A stretch of 64,000 nucleotides of DNA. It comes from Podarcis pityusensis (Eukaryota). Position numbers and translations under genes: made by a program. Where the stretch lies: assembly GCA_964106645.2 (NCBI GenBank), contig OZ067041.1, one strand, 5' to 3'. Of this stretch, positions 1 through 14,828 are shown piece by piece. The notes under the pieces were generated by a model. That model searched no databases. It had not been told where the DNA came from and saw nothing but the letters and a program-made list of their open reading frames with translations. The stretch's first letter is position 1. Each line of letters opens with the position of its first letter.

Positions 1-3000
1 CAGTCCCATTGATCCCTGGAGGCCAATACTGACCACTGGGAAACCCTCCTGTAAACTGACCACACTCACCCAAGGTAGGCCTTGACAGGAAGGACTCACT
101 TTTCCACTTCAGTCTCGCTCAAGCAACAATACATTCCTGAACTTTGTCCTGCTCTTATATCCTTTAGTTTGTTTTCGGTCCAGGCTTGCCCATCAGTCTT
201 GACTACTGCCTTCACCCCATGGTTCCTGGTTCCCAACTGACCTTAAGATCCATGTCCAGCCTTGACAAACACTGATATATTACTACACCATGTGGAGGGC
301 AGGGACTGTAAGGAATTGGCTAGTACTTCAAATCCCATTATTTTCCTCATTTTTTGCTACTTTTCTTGTTGAAAATGAGAGTAGGAGGCTGACAGAAAAG
401 TCTGGGGCAGGGGAACATCAAATTCTCATGACCCTGCCATTTCAGTATTTGGTTTGGCCTTTCTCTCTATATTTTTTTAAAAAATGATTTTGATGGAAAA
501 ATTCTGATGATCTTGATTTAGTTTGCTCTATGACATTGCTATTTTCTCCTTCAGAGTGATACAGAGATTTGCTCAGCCTGGCTGAAGCTTGATCTTTGGA
601 ATTCCAAAATGGATTGTCAGTGATGAGAGAATGCAAGGAGCTCATTGCCAATGCCTCTTGACAGAACAGAGTCAAAGTACAGTCTGATCTCTGATTCATG
701 GTCAGCAAGGACGGCACTTTTCAGTATACTAGCACACCACAGTCACTCTAAATTGTAGACTTCATAGGGGGAAAGGGCGTAAAACTCGTCCTCCATTAAA
801 GAGCAAAAGGTCTCTGTGTCATTTGATCTAAAGAACACCCTTGACTTGTTCTTATAACCTTCTCAAGGCTGCAGCGAGACAGTTTGAAGAAGCTAGATTT
901 CCTTGATTGTAAGGAAATGTCCTTTATTACTTGTGTGACTTTTTCTCCAAAAGACATCTGGGCAAACACAGTAATGCTATTGATACACAAAAGAAATGGA
1001 TTTAAACCCCTGATATTTGCCGATGATATTAAGTAGGGTGGGGCACAATGACTTGTGTTGACATTCATAACCAGATTTAAAATGTGTACGTGAAAGTCTG
1101 CAGTGGACTGTGCAGATTTAATAGGTCTGTGGGGAGCACACACCACAGCTGTCAGGGCAGCTACTACTAGAAGGCAGGTCCTATGGTTCTCACATACTGG
1201 CAGCTGCTGTTCAGTGATAGCATAATGTAGTTAAGAACCGCTACTGTTTGAGTCACATTTTGTTGGCTCAAGTAAATATGCAGTGAATGATATCATTTCA
1301 TTACACGCTATATTTTTAATGAACGACTTGGTGTATTTTCAGAAATTTCTACAGATGGTGTCAAATCTTTTGACAGAATTTTCATTTCCGCCCCTGGAAG
1401 TGCTTGTCAGTTATCAAACCACATGGCACCCCAGGGCTACCTTTTGTCACAAGCAGTGAGCCTGCTCCCAGCACATTGTGGCTACTGCATGTAGAAAAGA
1501 TAGTAACCATTTTTAGGCATTCAGCTGGGGGATAATGAATGTATAGGAATTAATGGCAGACTGCACTCAAATCTGAAGATAGACCCTGTGTTTGATGCTC
1601 TCTCTGTCTCCAGACATGCTAGGAAGTGGGTGCGAGCCAGATTTGAAACCTGGTGTCACCCTGCCATATTTTATACATTTCTTTTCTTCTGTTACATTCA
1701 TACCTGAGGCAGCTAACAATACAATACACAATAGAAAATAACCAGTCCACATAACGAATTAGCAGCAACCACTCATAATCAAAGGCTGCAACAGATTGGC
1801 TGTCTGGTCTCTCCTGGAAGTCCTCCAGCAAGGTCTCAAAATCACTTATAGAGGAAGGGACTGTGATCTGGAATCATGGTAGCAAAAGCTTCAGACAGAG
1901 ATGGTGGCAGGATCCAGAGCTGAGCTCCTGCTAAAGATGGCTACACACTCCTCAAGTTCACCCTGAACTGGGCATTGGGGGGGGGGGCTAGCCACTATGG
2001 ATTAGGAACAACAGATCATATCCAATGAAAGGAAAGGGTGCAGTTAAAATAGATATTGCATTCACATTTCTCTGCCAGACCTTTTGCTTTGTGAGCTTCT
2101 TCCATCTAAAAACAGAACAAATGTTTTCAATATCTATTATGTCATATATACAATTTTATTTATTATATATATATATATATTTAAAATGTGGTTGGTTTTA
2201 ACATGTGCATGATTACAAAACAACATAGGCATTGTCAGTGGGAAGGCAGTTTAGACATTTAAATAAATAAATTAAATGAGCTTTCTAGGCAATCTGCCTG
2301 TCAGACTACCCAGAAACAGGCTGTCTCCGAACTCCCTCATTAGCCTCAGAAAATGTGTGAGGCGATGTGAGGAAGCTACCTTCAATTGCTGCCACATTCA
2401 AGCATTGCCCTGCTTGCCCTTTAGCTGTGGCTGAATGTGAATGGCACGCAAATGCTCGAGTGAGAGACTCATGTCTCTTTCCCACCCACCCCTAGCCCAA
2501 TTCAAATAGAAGGTGCAAAGGCGATACAAGGCTCCACTCTCTGGACTCAGCCAAGAAGGTTAGAAATGAAATGAGGCCACATTTTCAAAATCCCTGTCTA
2601 ATTGAGAACTAGCTAACCTGGAACTACTACTGATGCATCTCACTATAGAGATACTAACATAGTTTGAAAGCACTGCTCCTATCACAAATAGTGTGTGAAG
2701 GGATAAATTACTGGTATTAAATTATCAGGAGTACCTGCCCCTAGCAAGAGATTAAGGTTTCTGATTAAAGTTACAGCACAAATTTTGCTTGAAGCAAAAT
2801 CCAACGGATTTAAAATATTAGCCAAAATTCTGAGGGAATTTTGATAGAATATATGAAACTGCATCAGTTCTCCAGGTGACTAAAAAAAAAACCCCTAGAT
2901 TGGTTTGTCTTTATATAGCCTCAATATTTGGATTTTACAAGTATTAAGCTCTAGTACTAGACACACTTACCTTTACAGGGCTTGCTTCTGAGTAGACAAG

Positions 3001-4272
3001 GCTAGCATTACGGAACCAGGGGTTGAGGAAACAGAAAGACGATTTGGGGAGAATATGGAGGTAGTGGGTTTTGAAGTGGGCTGCGCTTACCACATTGATG
3101 AATGCTAGATGGGAATATGGGGTTTTTGAACAAGAGGCCTGACATTTGAAAAGGGCTACAATGCACAGAGAAAGATGTGCCGCAGATTTAATTAGCATCT
3201 AATTAAATAGAATCCAATTAAATTAACGATGTACCCCAGATTTAATTTGCATCTAAAATAAGAAAATATTATGAACTGCACCTGGGTTATTGGGTCAGGG
3301 AATGCTTTTCCAAATGTGTCCATTACCTTTAAGGGTACTGACAAGTCAAGTATACAGGATACTCCTCTTGTTTAGTCCAGTCTGCTCTCCCTAATTAGAA
3401 GCCACATTATATTTTCATTGCAGCAATTAACACTGGAAGATGCTGCCAGACAACATTGTAATGATTCAGGACAACCATCCAACTTTGCAGAAGGGTGTTC
3501 CAGTATCTCTTTGTTATTGATGAAAGTTCATGTTTCAGCAGAGAACAAATTGCTCCCTGATGCCATTATTCTAGCCTTACACAGAGAACATATTGTGCAG
3601 CATGTTATTATCCTAGCAATAAACAAAATTGTAAGGCTCTCCCTTGAATGTGTTTGAAATAAAAGGCAGACAACTAACGGTAGTCATAAACTCATGCATA
3701 CAACAAGAGCAACATAACCAATGTAGAAAATCACACCCTTTAGCTCAAGGAGCATGGCTTTTCTTTTGTATAACAAGTGGTTTGTGACTGTGAAATCCAC
3801 CCATTCATTAATCTGGGGAAATGCCCAAGGCCTGCTCCTGAGGCAAATTCATGAAAATGGCAGTCTGGAATAATTTACAGCACAAGTTTACCCCATCTTG
3901 ACTTAGTAACAAGAATAATGTTTTGCCATAAGACACATCCTACCCACAGACATTTTGTATCACATTTATAAGACAACTGTATACGTGTGTGTGTGCACAT
4001 ACACTCAAAAACAGGGTCTAAATGGGACCATATTTTATTACCCAACAGTCCTCAGCAAGCTGCTGCTGACAGCACAGTGTGATTTCAGTAGGCGGTGGTG
4101 AACTAAAATATAACATATTTCAGATTAAAACAGGGTGCTTTTGAAATACCTGGTGACACATCAAACGTCCAGAAGAGATTGTGGCCAACTTCAGAGCAGT
4201 CTGGTGGTATGCTGTACAAAACTGTAAGTAAAAGCCAAATAACTTCATGAACAGTTCTTCACCCTCTAGGGC

Positions 4273-4409
4273 CAGTGCTATTTTTCTAGAAAAAAGAGGT
4301 GCTGGAACTCACCATGAACACCTCCCTTGTTGTCTTATAATGGCAATGGCACCCACCTGAGAGATGCAGGAACTGAACTCCAGCGAGTTTTAATTGAAAA
4401 GAATCCCTG
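4273..4409 (+). mobile_element. Short hAT-like MITE, family D copy 1
   Basis: CAGTGCTATTTTTCTAGAAAAAAGAGGTGCTGGAACTC...ATCCCTG; flanks CTCTAGGG / CTCAAGGG; homologous to 12298-12759. Confidence 0.72.
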
Positions 4410-5589
4410 CTCAAGGGCATGGGTGAAGAACCCATGAGCTTCCAGATGTTGCCTTCCTCACATGCATCTCAGGGTGATGAGCAAAAGAAAAAGGGATGTT
4501 TAACCTTCCCAAGCAATTTACATCAAAAATAATTTCCTTCTCTAGCTGCTGGTTGCCCTACAGGGTGAAGAATAGTTTTATTTTTATCACTACAGGGAAG
4601 CAACCAGAAGGTTTATCTGGAAAATGGTGTTGGGTAGAGGGTCAAATCCTCCCACATTGCCCCTGATTTCTATTCAGAATTAGATTTGATCCCCATCTCC
4701 CCGTCCCTCCCCTACCTCTTAATGAAAAGCAGGGTGATGTGCAAGGATTTGCTCCTCTCCACTACACCATTTTCTAGTTGTAGAACCTATCTTCCTTGTA
4801 GGCAAGACTCTAAAGCAGGTGTCCTCCCTGACTACTGGCCATGCTTTCTGCGGCTGGTGGGAGTTGGAGTTTGGCAATGTCTCGACTGCCAAAGCTTCCT
4901 CACACCTGCTCTAAAGAAGGAGATGTTTTATCTGTGGGAATATTGCTACAATTGTTGATCCAGGACACTGAAAGAAGGCAAAATCCTTCTCCAATAGAAC
5001 AAGGGGAGAAAAGCCATGGGATGATGATCAGTCTTGGAAACATCAAGTACAGTTATCATATAACTATGCCTTTTCCTCAGGCCATCCTGTATTCCTCAAT
5101 AGCTGTGCCTCATATGCCAAGTGTTCTAGACTGGCCAGAATGTGCCCTTGAACTCTGATAATGCATCTTGCTTGTCTCAATAGAGGAGAGAGAGGTGTGC
5201 GGGGGTATGTGCATTAATAAGCTTACTGTACAAAAGGTAACCTTTACATTCATTCATCTGTCCGCTTTTGCCTCTGACCTCACCCACCATTGGCATGTGG
5301 CCCTTGGATCATTTCCCAGAAGGGAATGGGCCCTCAGACTGAAAAGCATTCCTCACCCCTGAGACAGATGTAGGAAGTTTCTTTGTTCTATAAAAGAAGC
5401 ATCCATCTATAAAAGAAATCGAAAGTTAGGGAAACTTTGTGTAGGAATTACTAAAACTGAAACAATAAGAATCCAAGATAGTGTTCCACATATTTAGAAT
5501 ACTGTTTTCCAAATGCAAAGACTGCAGGACATTATCTTAGGAACAGACACAGAGAATTACAGGCTGGGGTGGGGGGAGCACCACGGATT

Positions 5590-5900
5590 AAAGTTTTAAC
5601 AAGTGGACCAGAAAGAGCAGAGGTCTCCGTCTGGCTAGATTCCAAAGATGGTAGTAAGACACTTTAATTACATGATTGATGTAGGCTTCAAAAGAAAGCA
5701 CAGAATCCACAATGACCCTAAGGTCACAAGCATTATCTGAAGAATAAAAAGAACCACCACAAATGGAAACTACCAACGATGACACCTGAGACCTCTGCCT
5801 CGGTGAACTAATCGATAGCTACTCTGTTTTGTCTATGTTAAGTTTAACAAAATCTGAAGCTATCCATTATTGAATATCACAGAAGCAATTATACAAAACA
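5590..5900 (-). mobile_element. Old L2 fragment
   Basis: DLRVIVDSVLSFEAYINHVIKVSYYHLWNLARRRP in ORF 5588-5785. Confidence 0.7.
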
Positions 5901-8190
5901 TCAAACTTCTTTGTAAGATCTGCAAGGACCTAAAGGATATGGAAATAACTTTTGCATACTAATGGCTTTGCAGGCAACTGCCTATAATCTAGGACCCATT
6001 TGCTACTTAAAATAAATAGGACTACTTTAGAGTCAATAGAATGCAGATTGCCTCTTTCAAGGATGAAAAGTTTCTTTTGAAGAAATATGTGGTGGCAATA
6101 GAAAGAAGACCCTCAAGAAAATATCAAAGGTAAAGTAGAAATCTTGAGAGATGTATCTACTAAAAATTATATACAAATTTGTAGGAATAAAAATTTCAAA
6201 TCCTGTTTTATATGAAATTCATCACTTACATTTGACATAAAATTCCAGGAATAGTATATACCCTTTCCCCCATGTCTTGGTTCTCATCAGAACACATCTC
6301 TCCCATGGCTGATTTCCCACCCCAGCGCAGATTCAATCACAATTCCACATATTCTCACTTGGCTGTCAAACAGCTCTTTCCTCAGGAGATGCAATTTCTG
6401 AAAAGCAAACCTACATATGATTCCAGTTTCAGGGCTGCCACTGAAACATGTAGTCCTCAGAGAATTCTTTTTGTCGACTACCTTCAACACTTAAGCCTCT
6501 TCTATTAGTTCTGTGGGTGAGGGAGCTCCATGAGATTAACAGGAAATGGGGTCCCACTGCTTGTCTAGGCAGCCTCCCTAGCTTCCTCCTAAAACACATA
6601 CATTGAGTGAGGTGATCTAAAGAGTGATTACACTCAGAGACATATTTCCCTTTTCAGGCGTCCATGCTCAACTCATGGGTATTCATTTTAAAGAAATTTC
6701 TAGTTTCATGGTTAGGAACAACAATCTGGAGTAGTTTAGTATATTTTTGGCTGGCTTTTCAGAGCCTGCATGGAATTTTCCATGTCTTCAACTCCCTTCT
6801 GATTATTTTCAAATGATGAATTTCCATTACATAATGTGATCTCCATGCTCTACACTTCATTACTATGCCACAAGTTGTGTCCTGAATATAGTCTGTCTGT
6901 TTCACCCAAAACAGTGATTTGCCAAAAGCCTGGTGGAATACTGAGCAGGGGTTGGGGGGAGAGCTTCAGATTTCGAGGACCTACAAGAGGGATGAAGTCC
7001 TGTGCAGAGTCTGGCTACGCTGGGAAAAAAACTCAGGAAAATGCGCCAAAAATGGCACTGTTCTATTTAAATCTTCCATCAGAAGAAGCAAAACCAAAAT
7101 CAATTTCAGAGAAGTGAGGAAGAGGAAATGCTCAACCTTTATTGTAAATTGTTTTAACTTATATTAATATTGCATTTTTATGTTACTGTAACCTAATGAT
7201 GAAGGAAAATTTGAAATAAAATAAATAAAATAAAAGCATAGCTCACATGACTATTGTTTCTTCCTGGTTCCTTAGATAGATCTACTAACAGGTCAGCATT
7301 AAGTTGGGTCTGACCTTAGAGATGTTGGCAAACCCCATCATACTCAGATTTGGGAAGACCAACCTCTGTGTCTCCATTGAGAATGACCTCTGTAACCCAA
7401 ATGGACATAGATCACTTTGCTTTGGTGCTCATGTGTTCTCATGTTTTCCAACCTCTTTGAATGTAGCATACATAAATAGTCCAGAACCTCAAGCCCTGTT
7501 ATGGCTTTCACTATGAATCTAGTGCTGTTGTCACTAGATAACTTCATCCAAAATAATCTAACATTATTATATTGGGGGGATCTATATTGGCACTTAGGAA
7601 CTAATCTTAGCCAATTTTAATAAAACAGACGTCTTTGCATTATTTACTAGCATCATAGAACATCTATGTCTGGATGTAGAAAAATATGGATGGGTGTTTG
7701 ACTGTAAGCACCTCCTACTTGATATAACTAATGGTTGGACTTCTGTTATAGTCAAACGTCTTACTAAAAGCCTCAGAATGATTATGGGTGTCCACAAGCC
7801 AGATGGAAACTCACCTTGAAACGCTAAGAACAGAAGAGCAGTAATAATATAGCATCCCATAGTTGGGACAATTTCCAAATGAATCTTAGTGACAGCCAAA
7901 AAGAGGAGGCCATTTCCAAAAGAACTAACTTGAGAATTAATAGTGATTTATTACTGAGAGAGTTGACATTAATTAAAGCAGATTTAGCAGCATCCTTATC
8001 ACTTGAAGTTGATGTTATTACAGCAAGCTGGAAAGAGAATACAAATTAATCAAACAGTGGTCTTTTGCTCACAGAGTTTTTTCCAGTATAGGATTGCCAA
8101 AGTTTCTTCCCATATGTAGGATGCCAGATCACTGTACCATTTACCTGCCTCAAGACTCTGGGAAAAGGTGCATGCATTGTGCCTCTTGAT

Positions 8191-8446
8191 CAGTGCCAAA
8201 TTTATGTATAAGCTAAACAAGCCATATAGCTTAGGGCCCCACTCTCTTGGGCCCCCCAAAAAATTTAAAGGGGAAAAAACTGGATGTACATTTCCAAAAT
8301 ATAAGATAAAAAACAAATAAAATGGATTTAGATACCTATTAGTTCCACAAATTACCATACAGCATATATTCAACACCAAAAAAGCGACAATTTGTTGTTG
8401 ACAAAGGACAGCTGGACATATAAAGGGCCCCATTACCTTCAGTAGC
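8191..8446 (-). mobile_element. hAT-like MITE, family E, truncated copy
   Basis: Reverse-complement similarity to 12450-12736 (e.g. TTGTTGTTGACAAAGGACAGCTGGA, GGCCCCATTACCTTCAGTAGC). Confidence 0.78.
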
Positions 8447-9974
8447 AGTGTGCAGTGGTTATATCCTCACTCAGCTCCTTGGAAAATTCAAAGGCACAGT
8501 ATCTGAATGGTGTTTCCTGGTTATCTCACTTCAATTGTTGATTATAAGCAGTATATGAACAATTGCTGACCTCACTCCAGATGGCCACATGTTGAACATA
8601 GATGTCTCAGTTGAATAAACCTATATACCATAGACTTCTACATATATAGCCTTCACTGGTTCAGATATCTACAATGACTCACTGCATAGACGTCAGGAGC
8701 AAATTGAAATAATGTATTTTAATGCATAATCCCCCTCCGTACATAGAATGTGTGAATGGGGTGTGTGCACGCTACTTTTGAAGTCAGTCATAGGAAAAGA
8801 TGAAATACTCTTGACATTTACAAAAACAAGACATTTAGTGAAATACTCTTTTTGGTCGGAGTATCCTCACTAAATCACTAGCAACATTATCCTGGGAATC
8901 TGTGCCCATGAGCCCGAAAAGGTTGGTGACTCCAGCTCTACTAAAACCGTTCTCTGAAGTGCCACATCAATGAAGTGGCAATGCAAAAAGAAAGCCAGAC
9001 TGACTGAACACCACAGCAACCCTAATTAGACGGAACACCACAGCATCCTAGAGAGCTTACTTTAAGTACTGTAAAACACCAGGTTTCTTATTTTGGGGTG
9101 AGGGAGGCGGGTTGTGAAGTTATAGGATCATTAAATCTTGGAAAATTACAATAATTTAGAAGTATGGCTGAGGGGAGTGGGGCAGCAAGGCAGATTCCAG
9201 ATAGAGACATGAATTAGAAAGTAAACTGAAACTAGAGGGAAAACTCCTGTTCTTTTGTGGTAACAAGTCTTCCCATTTACTTTTGAAGCTCTCTTCAGAC
9301 TGCTTGCTGCTAAAGGTTACAAAGAGTGTCCCATGTTTATAATTCAGCTGCACTATGCACAGCAAGTCAGTGTAAAAATGAAGCACATGAATAATGGAGA
9401 GACCACCATTTCTCTAGCATTCTTTTGTTATGACTCCTCTTTTAAAAGTCCAACAAGGGACCTCATTTTGCTATAGCAAGTCAACTGTATGGTGTCAACG
9501 AGGCTTTAGTGTATTTGTGTGTGTCTCCTGACTCATTAGTGTTCTGCGAGGTACAAAATCTCTCAAGCAGTGGTGACTTCAACATATGGTATGGCCCAGC
9601 TTCCCAACCCTATAAAACAGACCCTGCCATCCCCTCACAATCCTACGCCTCTTTCCCCCTCACTTTTTCACTCTGTGATTCTGTACCCCTCAAGTCTTCC
9701 TATGTGAGCACAGTTAAGCCTGTATTGAGCTGTTTGTACATAAGGGGCATGTATCATGTGCTCCAATTATATGAAAGCTTGGTAAGTGCATTTACATTTT
9801 AAAAGAACCTAATTGGTCCTATGTGACTTTGCTTGTAAGGCAGTAGAGCCAAAGACACAGGATCATTTTTTTCTTTGTAGAAAAGACAAATATTCAGAAG
9901 TTGACAGTATGTGTTTGCAAGATTCATCCTGAGGACATTCTCTCCAGCAATCCCCCGCTGTGTTTGAACTAGAA

Positions 9975-10500
9975 CATGGGTCAGGTGAAAGGCCCATCTA
10001 ATCCAGTGGTCAGCAAACGTTTCCAGTTGTGGGCTGGTCCACCATCCCTCAGACCGTGTGGTGGGCCGGACTATATTTTGGAAAAAAAAATATGAATGAA
10101 TTTCTATGCCCCACAAATAACCCAGAGATGCATTTTAAATATAAGCACACATTCTACTCATGTAAAAACACCAGGCAGGCTCCACATATAACCCAAAGAT
10201 GCATTTTAAATAAAGGACACATTCTACTCATGTAAAAACACGCTGATTCCCTGACAGTCTGTGGGCTGGATTGAGAAGGCGATTGGGCCGCATCTGGCCC
10301 CCGGGCCTACCCCTGATCTAATCCACAATCCTGTTTTCACAGAAGCCAATCAAATGCCTATGGCAAGCAGGATATGAGCAAAACAATACTTTCACCACTT
10401 TCCCAGCCACTGATATTCAGAGGTATACTGCCTCGGAGAGTGTAGGTAGAACACAGCTATTATGACCGATAGCCACTGATACACCTATCCTGCATGAAAC
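9975..10500 (-). mobile_element. CR1 LINE 3' end fragment split by the hAT MITE
   Basis: GGCCCATCTAATCC..ATCCTGTTTTCACAG..GCCAA...GATAGCCACTGATA..CCTATCCT.CATGAA; similar to 15688-15930. Confidence 0.65.
10004..10315 (+). mobile_element. hAT MITE, family C copy 1, inserted in a CR1 3' fragment
   Basis: CAGTGGTCAGCAAAC...CCTACCCCTG ends; perfect 8-bp TSD ATCTAATC at 9996-10003 and 10316-10323; internal ~70-bp direct repeat. Confidence 0.88.
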
Positions 10501-12297
10501 TCTCTATAATGTTAAACATTTTCTTTTCTGTTTTGTGTCACTTTTGGTTGTGTTTCCATTTTACTGAATCCAGTGGCATGTAGCCCTTTTATTTGTTGGG
10601 ATTCCTTTTTGTTGACTTGATTCTTATCCAAAATCCAGATAATGTTACTGAATTAGCTTAAGCCCTAATATTTCTGGTGAAAATGACCTGCAGATCAGGC
10701 AGAGAACCACTTTTAATAGAAGACCGGGATACAATTCTTTATGTGCACTTTTCACTGACTCAGAATTTTATATTTTTCCCTTCCCACCCCCACATACTTC
10801 TTAAAATAGCAGAGTATTTTTCTTGCTCTAAAATGCTGCTGAAAAGCAGACTACTGAAGACATAGGGTGATTAACTGAGCTCCGGGTTTTATTTTTTTAA
10901 ATGTTCTTTCCCTTCAATTTGTTTATGGATAAAGCAGGGGGACAGGGGGGAGAAAGAGATTGTTCCTTTTATTTATATAATTTCCACCAGAAACTGGAAA
11001 ATCACCTATTGTGGGTTCTAAAAACAGTCGATATCAGGTATGGCGCCTGAAATTAGATGTACAAGTTAGAAAGCAGCACATTATTGTGATTTAAGGGCAA
11101 CACTCACTTCTTCACCATTATCACATGTATTGAAAGTGGATTGCAGCAATTTCACCAGAAAAAGTATAGTAGTTCTGCTTTACTGTACAGACATAGCCTC
11201 CGTTAATTCTGACAACATCCTGTAAGGTAGATCAGTCCTGTTATCCTGATCTTGCAGATTGGCAGTGGAGTGGGCTGGGGTGGGCTGGAGCTGACAGCAG
11301 CTTGTCAAAGGCCATCTAGTGAACTCATGGCAATAAGGCAATATTTGAAATGGGGACTTGGCTCACAGCTCACATTCTCAGTTGCCACAGTACACCACTA
11401 ATTGCAGAGGAAAACACAGTGAAGGTCAAGCAGAGCAGAACAAGAGCAACTTTGAAAGATCACTTTTCAAAGTGAGGGGAAGGGGGTGAACCTTCAAATC
11501 TCATGCTTAAATTGAGAGCCGGCTGGTCTGGAATCCAGAAAGCCTACATACATCAGGAAGACTTGATATTTCTCCCTTTCTTTCTCTGTTGACTGCTACT
11601 CTGAGATTCTGCAAGCTCCCACCTTTGAAATCATTTTGCTACAGTAACTTCATTGTTGGAAACAGGCCTTATTTGGCAACTGGTAATTCAATGTAACTAG
11701 TAATTTATGGTCTGTAATTTTCTCAAAGCACTTTTCACAGTTGCAAATCACTTTATGCCACAACCAGATCCCTGATGCAATATTATGCCCTTTCAAAGAT
11801 TAAAATCATATGTATAAGAGGTTTATTTCCCTAGCAAGTGTTTATTAATGATGAGTTCCTTGCAAGTAAGGGGCTGATATAAATTAGAACAAAGAGGATT
11901 TATTCATGTATGAGGTCATTTTATTGTGCCCATTAGATAATCATTACACCATATTTTATCAATAGACATACAAGAGAAAACACATTTCTCAATATCAAAC
12001 ATATCCTGGAAGTGTCTGGATTTACTAGCTTGATAAATATTGTTGTAGGTTTGTTTGCTTAATGGTATGGTTATTTCAAAATACAACAGAAATGATTTTA
12101 TTATGGAGGTCAGCAGAACAAACAAAGCAGGCTGCTGCCTAAATGTGATTATTGCATCTTTGCCACCAAGTTCAGGATGATGATGTGCAGTTGCTCATTT
12201 CTTTTTAGGAGTAATTTTAGACATGGCAACAAAGAAGAGAAAGCTGATCTGCAAGTAACTCACACGCACATTTCTCATGCTTCCTGTATATTATATT

Positions 12298-12759
12298 CAG
12301 CACTATTTTTCTAGAAAAAGAAGTGCCAGAACTCACCATGAACACCTACCTTGTTCTCTTATAATGGCAGTGGTGCCCACCTGAGAGGCGCTGGAACTGA
12401 GTTCCTGTGAGTTCTGGGCAGGGCCACATTTTGGTTTGATGAGGCCCTAAGCTACTGAAGGTAATGGGGCCCTTTATATCTCCAGCTGTCCTTTGTCAAC
12501 AACAAATTGTTGCTGTTTTTTGTGTTGAATATATGCTATATGGTAATTTATGGCCCTAATAGGTATCTAAAGTCATTTGCCACTGTTGCTGTATGTACGT
12601 TTTATTTTACTTGTTTCTTATCTTATATTTTGGAAATGTACATCCAGTTTTTCCCCCTTTAAATTTTTTTAAGGCCCCCAAAAGAGTGGAGCCCTAAGCT
12701 ATAGTTTTTTTTAGCTTATACATAAATCCAGCCCTGGTTCCGGCCGAAAAGAAGCCCTG
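12298..12759 (+). mobile_element. hAT-like MITE, family D copy 2, interrupted by a family E element
   Basis: Matches 4273-4409 once 12419-12744 is removed. Confidence 0.75.
12419..12736 (+). mobile_element. hAT-like MITE, family E, nested
   Basis: CAGGGC...GCCCTG ends; decayed 8-bp TSD GTTCTGGG / GTTCCGGC; inverted homolog at 8191-8446. Confidence 0.78.
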
Positions 12760-14189
12760 CTTATGCCGTATGTATCTCACAATGTTGAGCCCAATTCTGC
12801 AAGTTCTGCATTTGGATGTGTGGTCGAATGAACTACATGGTAAACCAAATAATCCCGGGGCATTTCTGTCTCCAAGAGCTACAGTTCCCAACACCCTTAA
12901 TAAAATATAGTTCCCAGGACTCTTTTGTGGGAAGGAATTTGCTTTAAATGTATGGTGTGTACACAGCCAAAAGTTGACACAGTGGAAACAGAGGGAAGTT
13001 GAGAAAGTGTTAAATGGGCAAGGAATATGTGGCCGTTTCAGTTTTATGTGCTGCTGTAAGTTAGGAAATGATGACATATTCCCTAGTGGAGAGCGAGCTG
13101 TCACTTCAAATGCATTGGGGTTCTTAATATTACTCTCTACAGTAAATCTACCCTTGCATTCAATTACTGACTTTCGGTTTGATAAGTTCACTCCACAAAG
13201 TTCTCTTCATTAACGTTAATTGTTTCACCCCAATAGACTGAGATAATGATGCTGAAAAAGTTGTGACAAGTTCCGTGTCGGATTTTAAGGGCCTGCAAAG
13301 GAACAAAGCTTGTTTTTCAGTTCAAAAGGATGGTATGTAATTTTTAATATTTGAAAGTTTACTAGATATTTAGTGCCCCTCAATTTTTTCCTGCTTGTTT
13401 TTGAAATAACAAAAGGGATGTGTGTATCACACACACATAACACAGACAGGCTGAAATGCTGGTCTCTTCCCCCATGAGGCTACCATTCTAAATAGACTTT
13501 TTAGCAATTAAACATATATAGTAATAAAAATATTGTGCAGTAAGTGATTGTAAATTTGCAAATAAAATAAAAAGATTTTTTGAATAGGCAACACAGCATA
13601 ACAACGATACCCCAATGGCCTCACATGGGACATCTCTGTGGCTAAGGTATCTCAGATGACTTTCTATATTATTGCAGCTCCTCTCTTAGAATTGGGCTCC
13701 ATATCACATTTTATGAGTGCTGTAAACTGTAACAGCTGAAAGAAACCAATATAAAGTGTTTGTCTCTATAGTTGCAAAAGCAAAAAAAGCACTGTAACCA
13801 AGTTGACTAAAACAATTAAGATAAATGGGATGTCTTTTATCACTTCTGTTAAATTAACAACTGCACTATTTGAGGAATGACGGGCCAAGTGGCTGAACTC
13901 GTTAAAAATAAATCATCGATTTCACTTTTAATAATACTCTGTCTGCTTACTGTAACCCATAACTCAATTCTTCCTTGAGTCAGCAGTATTTATTTAATGT
14001 ATATCTCTGGCATGCTGCTGTCTTTTATTACTTATGTAAGAGGCCTATTTGTAATGGGGAAGTATGGCCTCAAAATTGCTATTTTTAAAAATAAAATTGC
14101 CGCTAAACTCACTGCAAGAGAGAGGTTCTTGAGTTTCTATCTAGTTTTGCAATATACAGTATAAATTGCATTTAATTTGGAAACACTAA

Positions 14190-14385
14190 TTAGATTGAAG
14201 GAGTAGGGAAAGTTCAGTCTGGAAAAGAAATGACGAAGTAGTGATATGATAGCCATCTTCAAATATATGAAGGGCTGTCGCACAGAGGATGGAGCAAATT
14301 TGTTTGATGTCGCTTTAGAGGGTAGGACCCAAACCAAAGGGTTCAAATTCCAGGAGAGGAGTTTTAGAATAAACATTAGGGTCAC
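14190..14385 (+). mobile_element. CR1 LINE fragment (ORF2 C-terminus)
   Basis: Encodes FSLEKK*RSSDMIAIFKYMKGC...RTQTKGFKFQERSFRINIR; probably resumes at ~14700-14785. Confidence 0.75.
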
Positions 14386-14828
14386 TTCAAGATGACCTGC
14401 TTACTGAGCATTCACTCAGATTAGACATGGGTGGCGATTTAATGAGCATTCATCTCGATTTGCTCGAGGGGTGACTAGATGACATTGTGTCAAGCATGAT
14501 CACTCATTTTCCACTGCATTGTCCCATCACCTTTCTTACCAGAAAAAAATCAGAACTTTGGGGGAAGCTGGCTTGAACTGTAAATCAGCCCAATAGCGAG
14601 ACCTGAATTTGCCCATATGGGATTAAATTCCACTTGAAAATTGCCACAATTTAGGAGCAGCCTAAGAATAATTTATTGAAGATTCTCATATCTTCAGCTG
14701 ACTGTCTTGGAAGGTGCTGGGCTCTCCTTTGTTAGAAGTTTTAAAGCAAAGTCTGGACAGTCCCCTATGAGGGATACTGTATCAGGGAGCTAGCTACTAC
14801 TTTCAGATGGCCTTAATAACACAAATAA

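Noticed and set aside
10100-10240. Direct repeats with short spacers resembling a CRISPR array
   Set aside because: Only two units, internal to a hAT MITE with an 8-bp TSD; vertebrate DNA; no cas genes.
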